Below are positions 56,663 to 64,000 of a stretch of DNA of 64,000 nt, one piece after another (position 1 is the first letter of the stretch; the number at the start of each line of letters is the position of its first letter). The stretch is from positions 10,557-74,556 of the forward strand of contig DUPT01000038.1 in NCBI GenBank assembly GCA_012838225.1, given 5' to 3'. Below the pieces are notes generated by a model. The model did not search any database, was not told where the DNA came from, and worked only from the letters and a program-made list of their open reading frames with translations. A program made the translations under genes and the position numbers. The DNA is from Tissierellia bacterium (GTDB lineage Bacteria; Bacillota; Clostridia; Peptostreptococcales; Acidaminobacteraceae).

Positions 56663-56665
56663 TGG

Positions 56666-57175
56666 TTACTCCTGTGTCAGATAGTCGCGGGCCAGCTCCT
56701 GATACGTGATGGCGTGGTGATCCAAAAAGGCGATCTCCTCATCACTTAGGGCTCGGATCACCTTGGCCGGTGAACCGAAGACCAGCGATCGATCCGGTAT
56801 TTCTTTATTTTGCGGTACCAGAGAATTGGCACCGATAATGACGTGTTGACCGATCTTGGCACCATCGAGGATGGTCGCTCCCATCCCGATCAGCGTATTG
56901 TCGCCGATGCTACAGGCATGGACGATGGCGGCGTGACCGATCGTGACATTGCGACCGATCCTGGTCGGCTTATTGAAATCGACATGGATCATGCTGAGGT
57001 CTTGGACATTGGTCCCCTCACCGATGGTGATGGGGGCCATATCGCCTCGGATGACGACGCCATACCAGATATTACATTTGTCGCCCAGGCTGACTTGACC
57101 GATGACATCGGCGCCCGGGGCAATAAACACCGCCTCGCCGATCTGCGGGCTGTGTTCACGATACTTGTGTAGCAC
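56666..57175 (-). CDS. gamma-class carbonic anhydrase / hexapeptide-repeat family protein (YrdA/PaaY-like)
   Basis: Left-handed beta-helix hexapeptide repeats with His ligands (IHVD...GHAAIVH). 169 aa. Confidence 0.85.
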   Translation of the reverse strand: MLHKYREHSPQIGEAVFIAPGADVIGQVSLGDKCNIWYGVVIRGDMAPITIGEGTNVQDLSMIHVDFNKPTRIGRNVTIGHAAIVHACSIGDNTLIGMGATILDGAKIGQHVIIGANSLVPQNKEIPDRSLVFGSPAKVIRALSDEEIAFLDHHAITYQELARDYLTQE

Positions 57176-58520
57176 GATCGACCTCCATTTTCTTGATGGC
57201 CAGGTAGATGGCCAGTTCGACTCGTTTTCGTTCCAGTTCGCAGGCCAGCCGGTAGGGGACGGTTAAATCGGCGTTAAAGTTGAAGGCATTGGCGTGACAG
57301 CCGCCGCTGCAATAGTACTTCGACCAGCAGTTCTGACAATCCGGCTTGTCGAACACACTCAGATGATTGAACCGGTTTCGCCGCTCAGGATAGATGATGC
57401 CCTGGTCGAGATCCCCTAAGAGGAACTGTTCATCCCCCACAAACTGATGACACGGATAGAGCTCCCCCGAGGGGGTGATCGCCAGGTATTCGATCCCGGC
57501 CCCGCAGCCACCGGCCTTCTTGACCGCACACGGCCCACCGGCCAGATCGATCTCGAAGTGGAAGAAACGAAATTCATCGTCTGTATTATACGCCTCCAGC
57601 ATGGTCTGAGCAAGCCGTTCATACTCTTGAAGCAGTCTCGGCAGATGCTCCTCCGTCAAGGCATACGGCTCACCGGGCTTGGCCACCACCGGCTCCATGC
57701 TCAGCTCTTTAAAGCCGAGCTGATGCAGGTGCTCGACGTCTTGGCTAAAGGCCAGCTCATGGGCCGTAAAGGTCCCGCGGACATAGTACTGCTTATCGCC
57801 TCGGCCTTTGATGAAGCGCTGGAATTTGGGCACGATGATATCATAGCTCGACTTGTTATTGAGCGTTTTTCGCACCCGATCATTCGTGGGTTTTCGGCCG
57901 TCGATGCTTAGGACGACATTGCTCATCTCGCGGTGAAGAAAATCCTCGATCTCATCATCGAGCAGCAGACCGTTGGTGGTCAGCGTAAAGCGAAACTTCT
58001 TGTGATAGATCGGTTCCAACTGCCGGCCATAGGCGACGAGCTGCTTGACCACCGGCCAGTTCATGAGCGGCTCACCGCCAAAAAAGTCGACTTCGAGCTG
58101 ATAGCGCTGACCGGAGTGCTGGCACAAAAACTTTAAAGCCTTTTGGCCGGTCTCCAGGCTCATGAGCTCCCGCGAACCCTGATAGTCGCCCGAGGAAGCG
58201 AAGCAGTAGTCACAGCGCAGATTGCAGTCGTGGGCGACGTGCAGACAGATCGCTTTGATATCGCTTCGTTTGGGGAAGCGATCGACGATCTGTTTGGTCT
58301 GATCGACCGAATGCAACAGACCGCTCTCTTTTAGCTCATCCAACTCCCCGATCGCCTGATCGATCTGTTCGGCGGAGAAGTCTTGTCTGATCTCATCTGT
58401 CACCAGATGATAATCGTCATTGGCGAGTAGCCGATACGCCAGATCGTCCACCAAATGGATCGAGCCGCTCGGGACATCGATCACGATATTTTCGCCGCCA
58501 TAGCGATAGCGATGGATCAT
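57156..58520 (-). CDS. scfB: radical SAM/SPASM thioether-forming SCIFF peptide maturase
   Basis: CNLRCDYC radical-SAM motif and C-terminal SPASM Cys clusters (CGAG...CHQF...CQNCWSKYYCSGGC). The N-terminus MIHRYRYGGENIVIDVPSGSIHLVD is typical of the family. Directly downstream of scfA. Confidence 0.88.
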   Translation of the reverse strand: MIHRYRYGGENIVIDVPSGSIHLVDDLAYRLLANDDYHLVTDEIRQDFSAEQIDQAIGELDELKESGLLHSVDQTKQIVDRFPKRSDIKAICLHVAHDCNLRCDYCFASSGDYQGSRELMSLETGQKALKFLCQHSGQRYQLEVDFFGGEPLMNWPVVKQLVAYGRQLEPIYHKKFRFTLTTNGLLLDDEIEDFLHREMSNVVLSIDGRKPTNDRVRKTLNNKSSYDIIVPKFQRFIKGRGDKQYYVRGTFTAHELAFSQDVEHLHQLGFKELSMEPVVAKPGEPYALTEEHLPRLLQEYERLAQTMLEAYNTDDEFRFFHFEIDLAGGPCAVKKAGGCGAGIEYLAITPSGELYPCHQFVGDEQFLLGDLDQGIIYPERRNRFNHLSVFDKPDCQNCWSKYYCSGGCHANAFNFNADLTVPYRLACELERKRVELAIYLAIKKMEVDRATQVS

Positions 58521-58560
58521 AGGTACCTCCCAAAGGAAAAAGCAGCCGAAGCTGCCTCAA

Positions 58561-58698
58561 TCATTTTTGTTCACAACCTTGGTTACCGACCGTGCAGGAT
58601 GTCTTGCAGGCGCTTTGGCAAGATGTCTGGCACTCGCCGCAGGCGACCTTGTCTGCTTCCTGCTTGCCTATGTAGACCGTTTTGACATGTTTTTTCAT
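58561..58698 (-). CDS. scfA: SCIFF (six cysteines in forty-five residues) ribosomal peptide precursor
   Basis: Exactly 45 aa, MKKHVKTVYIGKQEADKVACGECQTSCQSACKTSCTVGNQGCEQK, with six Cys and the invariant GECQTSCQSACKTSCTV core. RBS TAGGAGAAC. Confidence 0.9.
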   Translation of the reverse strand: MKKHVKTVYIGKQEADKVACGECQTSCQSACKTSCTVGNQGCEQK

Positions 58699-58706
58699 GA
58701 GTTCTC

Positions 58707-59018
58707 CTATTCCACCGGATCGACGGGCTCGATCGGTTCGATCGGTTGCAGGTCCTCGACCGTCGTCGTTTCCGACGAGCCGATGGCCCATTTTTTAAAG
58801 GTCAGCACGACGCCGTTGACGTCGATATTGATATCGCTGTCACCGACATAGGTGACGGTTCCGACGATACCGCCGATCGTGACGATCCGATCACCAATTG
58901 CCACATTCTGTTGCAGATTGGCGACTTCCTTCTGTTTTTCCCGTTGCGGTTTTAGCATTTTGAACCATAGCCAGGCCAAAAGTGCCACCCAAACAAGAAT
59001 AAATCCATATTGTCCCAT
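58707..59018 (-). CDS. yajC: preprotein translocase subunit YajC
   Basis: Single TM plus QREKQKEVANLQQNVAIGDRIVTIGGIVGTV. Acidic PIEPIEPVDPVE tail. Confidence 0.85.
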   Translation of the reverse strand: MGQYGFILVWVALLAWLWFKMLKPQREKQKEVANLQQNVAIGDRIVTIGGIVGTVTYVGDSDINIDVNGVVLTFKKWAIGSSETTTVEDLQPIEPIEPVDPVE

Positions 59019-59039
59019 ATTCGCCTCCTAACTCCTTCT

Positions 59040-59068
59040 ATTCTAACGTGTTTTCGACTGTTTGGCAA
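59040..59068 (-). promoter_or_regulatory. candidate sigma-A promoter for yajC-scfA-scfB
   Basis: TTGCCA, 17 nt, then TAGAAT on the minus strand, followed by AGGAGTTAGGAGG and the yajC ATG. Confidence 0.5.
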
Positions 59069-59071
59069 AGT

Positions 59072-61167
<2,096 letters not shown>

Positions 61168-62724
61168 TTATTCCTTGATATGACGGCTGATCGATCGGGG
61201 GAGCTTGTTAAGCAGCCCAGGTGGAAGCGTTCGGATATCGCTTTGTCGGATGCCGCCTAATAGCAATAGACTCACGCCATAGATCAGTCCGCCGACGCCG
61301 ACCAGAAAAAGCATCTGGCCCAGATGATTCAGGCGACCACTCACCGGCGGCAGCCAGTACTTCAACCCCAAGAGCCCCAAGCTCATCAGGCCGCTCGCCA
61401 GGAGCGGTCGGCCCAAATCTCTTATGTAGCTCAGTTCAACCTGACGATGCTTCAGCAGTAAGTGATTGGTCAGGACCAGGCTGATCAGTCCCAGATAGCC
61501 GGCCAGGGGCGCTCCCATGATACCAAACGGCTCCCGGATCAGTGCCAGGTTCATCAGCACCTGAACAAAGGCCGACACGATCAGCGGCAACTGTGACACG
61601 ACCAATTGACCGTCGGATTGCAAGATGGCCTGCTGGATCATGGCCAGACTCATCGGGATCACCATAAACGCCCCGGCTATGATCAGCTGCTCACGCTGCA
61701 GCCGCCCATCAAAGGCGAAGGCCGTCAGCTCCTTTGCCACCAGGGCGATTCCGGCCGAGGCCGGCAGCGTGATGAGATAGCTGTGACGAAGGGCCTGATC
61801 GATCCGCCGATAGAAGCGTTTGATATCGCCCTGGGTGATCGATTCGGTGATCGCCGGATACAGGGCGCTCGCCAGAGCCGACAACAGGATCATCGGGATC
61901 GATTGCGCCATCTTATAGCTGGTGATATCCGAATAGGTCATCGAAGCCAAGGCTTCGCTGAGACCGAGTCCCGCCAACCGGCGTTTTACGATCAAGGCCT
62001 CAAGCATCAGACAAAGCTGAAGCATAAAAGATAATCCAAGCAGCGGCTTGATCAGCTGAAATACCGGCTCCCAGGCCACCCGACCCACCACCTCACGGCT
62101 CAGCCGGTTGAAGTGATAGTGAAGGTAGAGGGCGGCGGCCAAGCCGCCGATCAGGGTTCCGCCGGCCGCTCCGGCCAGGGCATAGATCACGCCACGGCTC
62201 AAGAAAGCCCAGCTCAGACCGATCGTCAGACATCCGTTGATCAACTGCTCGATAACAAGGGCATTTCCGGCGATCGACATGCGTCTGGTGGCTTGAAAAT
62301 AGGCTCGGTAGACTGCCGCCAGACTGACAAAGACCAAGCTGATCGCCAGCACGATCAGACTGAGCCACAGATCCGGCGCATGGAGCAGTCCGGCCAGGCC
62401 GCGTGAGGCCAAAGCCACGATCAAAGCTACGATCAGCGATAGCGCCAAGCTCAGTTGTCTGGCCGAGCGGGTGAACAGGATCGCCTGATCCGTCTCTCCC
62501 CTCACCTCCATGGCACTGACTCGCCGGATCATGGTCTTGGTGATGGCATCACTTAAGAGTGTCACCAATGAGCCATAGTAGACATAGGCCAGAGCGTAGT
62601 CACCGTGTCCGGCCGGGCCCAGCAGGGCCAGCAGCAGCGGGACATAGATGATCGAGATCAGCTTCGTGATGAGATTGGAGCGACTCAAGATAAAGAAGCC
62701 CTGAGAAACCGAAACCCGGCTCAT
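61168..62724 (-). CDS. MOP-superfamily polysaccharide/lipid-II flippase-like protein (MurJ/SpoVB-like)
   Basis: 518 aa with about 14 TM helices and a polysaccharide-biosynthesis-protein N-terminal pattern. Confidence 0.7.
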   Translation of the reverse strand: MSRVSVSQGFFILSRSNLITKLISIIYVPLLLALLGPAGHGDYALAYVYYGSLVTLLSDAITKTMIRRVSAMEVRGETDQAILFTRSARQLSLALSLIVALIVALASRGLAGLLHAPDLWLSLIVLAISLVFVSLAAVYRAYFQATRRMSIAGNALVIEQLINGCLTIGLSWAFLSRGVIYALAGAAGGTLIGGLAAALYLHYHFNRLSREVVGRVAWEPVFQLIKPLLGLSFMLQLCLMLEALIVKRRLAGLGLSEALASMTYSDITSYKMAQSIPMILLSALASALYPAITESITQGDIKRFYRRIDQALRHSYLITLPASAGIALVAKELTAFAFDGRLQREQLIIAGAFMVIPMSLAMIQQAILQSDGQLVVSQLPLIVSAFVQVLMNLALIREPFGIMGAPLAGYLGLISLVLTNHLLLKHRQVELSYIRDLGRPLLASGLMSLGLLGLKYWLPPVSGRLNHLGQMLFLVGVGGLIYGVSLLLLGGIRQSDIRTLPPGLLNKLPRSISRHIKE

Positions 62725-63725
62725 TGGATGAACATCGCATCGCCGAAGCTGAAGAAACGATAGTCCTCCGCGATGGCGCTTTGGTAGGCGTTAAGGATAT
62801 GCTCCCGAGAGCTGAAGGCCGACACCAGCATCACCAGCGTCGACTCCGGCAGATGGAAATTGGTGATCATGGCATCGACTGCCCCGAACCGATAGCCGGG
62901 ATAGATAAAGATATCGGTCCGATCACTATCGGCGACGATCCGGCCATGCTTTCGAACGATCGATTCGAGCGTCCGAACACTCGTCGTGCCGACGGCAATG
63001 ACGCGTTCGGCTTGATTGATGATCGCGGCCTGAGAGTCTGTCAGCTGATACCACTCCTCATGCATGTGGTGGGCTTCGATCGCCTCGACCTTGACCGGCC
63101 GAAAGGTGCCAAGCCCGACGTGGAGCGTCAGCTTGGCGATGGCGACGCCTTTTTTAGCCAGGGCCTCAAATACCTCCGGGGTAAAATGGAGTCCGGCGGT
63201 CGGAGCGGCGCTCGAGCCGGCCCACTTGGCATAGATGGTCTGATAGCGACCGGGTTCTGCCAGTCGCTCATGGATATAGGGCGGCAGCGGCATGGTCCCG
63301 ATCTGATCGAGGATCGGCTCGAGCGTCCCGCTATATTCCAGTCGGACTTCTCGCAGGCCATCGGCTAAGAGTCCGGTGATCTGAGCCGTCATCGGACCAA
63401 AATCAAACCGATCGCCCACCCTGGCCCTGCGGCCGGGCTTCACCAGGCAGTGCCAGAGCTTGGGCGCCGTCTCTTCCAATAGAAGAAACTCGACCCTGGC
63501 TCCGGTCTCCTTGGTGCCGAAGATCCTGGCCGGCAAGACCTTGGTATCATTGATCACCAGCACATCGCCGGCTCTCAGATAGTCCGGCAGATGAGAAAAG
63601 GTCGTATGCTCGATATCACCGCTTTGGCGATCCATCACCAAAAGCTTCGAGTGATCGCGCCGCTCGATCGGATGCTGAGCGATCCGCTCCGGCGGCAGGT
63701 CGAAATAGAAATCACTCGTTTTCAT
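62721..63725 (-). CDS. queA: S-adenosylmethionine:tRNA ribosyltransferase-isomerase
   Basis: [40 protein letters not shown]. 334 aa. Confidence 0.95.
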   Translation of the reverse strand: MKTSDFYFDLPPERIAQHPIERRDHSKLLVMDRQSGDIEHTTFSHLPDYLRAGDVLVINDTKVLPARIFGTKETGARVEFLLLEETAPKLWHCLVKPGRRARVGDRFDFGPMTAQITGLLADGLREVRLEYSGTLEPILDQIGTMPLPPYIHERLAEPGRYQTIYAKWAGSSAAPTAGLHFTPEVFEALAKKGVAIAKLTLHVGLGTFRPVKVEAIEAHHMHEEWYQLTDSQAAIINQAERVIAVGTTSVRTLESIVRKHGRIVADSDRTDIFIYPGYRFGAVDAMITNFHLPESTLVMLVSAFSSREHILNAYQSAIAEDYRFFSFGDAMFIQ

Positions 63726-64000
63726 CCGGTTCCTCTAACCAGTTCAGGATATTGATCTCGCGCTCGTCGCTGTAGCGCTCCGACAGGCCGAGATGCTCAT
63801 ACGCCCGGCGCATGACGACCCGCCCGCGAGGCGTTCGCTTGATGAAGCCGAGCTGTAGCAGATACGGTTCATAGACGTCTTCGATATCGCCTCGCTCTTC
63901 ACCGGTCGAGGCGGCCAGGGTATCGAGTCCGACCGGCCCGCCGTCATAATGTTCGATGATGGTGCGAAGCAGCTTGATATCGATCTGATCGAGGCCCAGC
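63712..64000 (-). CDS. ruvB: Holliday junction helicase RuvB, C-terminal 96 codons (partial, runs off the window)
   Basis: Own translation: [31 protein letters not shown]...[42 protein letters not shown], stop at 63712-63714. Overlaps the queA start. Not in the ORF track because it has no internal start. Confidence 0.85.
   Translation of the reverse strand, partial: LGLDQIDIKLLRTIIEHYDGGPVGLDTLAASTGEERGDIEDVYEPYLLQLGFIKRTPRGRVVMRRAYEHLGLSERYSDEREINILNWLEEPDENE

Noticed and set aside
63744-63947. 67-aa track ORF at the right edge
   Set aside because: This is the wrong frame. The frame one nucleotide over reads an unambiguous RuvB C-terminus through to the stop at 63712-63714.

Overview
This is a gene-dense chromosomal segment of about 60 protein genes, mostly on the minus strand. 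I saw no rRNA, tRNA, CRISPR array or IS element. The gene content points to a Gram-positive anaerobe of the Clostridia type: a SCIFF peptide and maturase between yajC and secDF, hydEFG, murT/gatD, a T-box leader and the Stickland-type ornithine pathway. All calls come from reading motifs by eye; no searches were run.

Left to right the window holds:
- an AT-rich degenerate edge, then msrAB;
- a MacB/FtsX-type ABC transporter coupled to a membrane protein with five PASTA repeats and no catalytic domain;
- a TM1266-like regulator with hydE-hydG-hydF, and no hydA in the window;
- a BlaI-family repressor with a perfect palindromic operator, co-transcribed with an NhaP2-type antiporter;
- single housekeeping genes (deaminase, rarA, namA, SRAP);
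- a cell-wall block (nagZ-like, capA-murT-gatD);
- a complete oxidative L-ornithine degradation cluster (ord-ortA-ortB-oraS-oraE-bioY-like-glmL-like-orr), behind a near-consensus sigma-54 promoter and its PAS/AAA+ activator;
- two tandem VanY-type M15 peptidases;
- a T-box (Asp specifier) leading hisS-aspS-rseC-like-glyA;
- vanZ, pepT, a thrE pair and an Eis-like GNAT;
- an ATGA-coupled operon of hemZ-like, esterase, thyA, folA and a frameshifted Tiki/ChaN-like lipoprotein;
- the conserved string ruvB-queA-flippase-tgt-MBL-yajC-scfA-scfB-gammaCA-secDF-lapA-like-recJ-apt-rel-dtd-MBL, in which rel carries a 1-nt frameshift.

The best candidates for something undescribed are the ABC+PASTA module, the BlaI-antiporter pair, and the BioY-like transporter inside a B12/PLP pathway.
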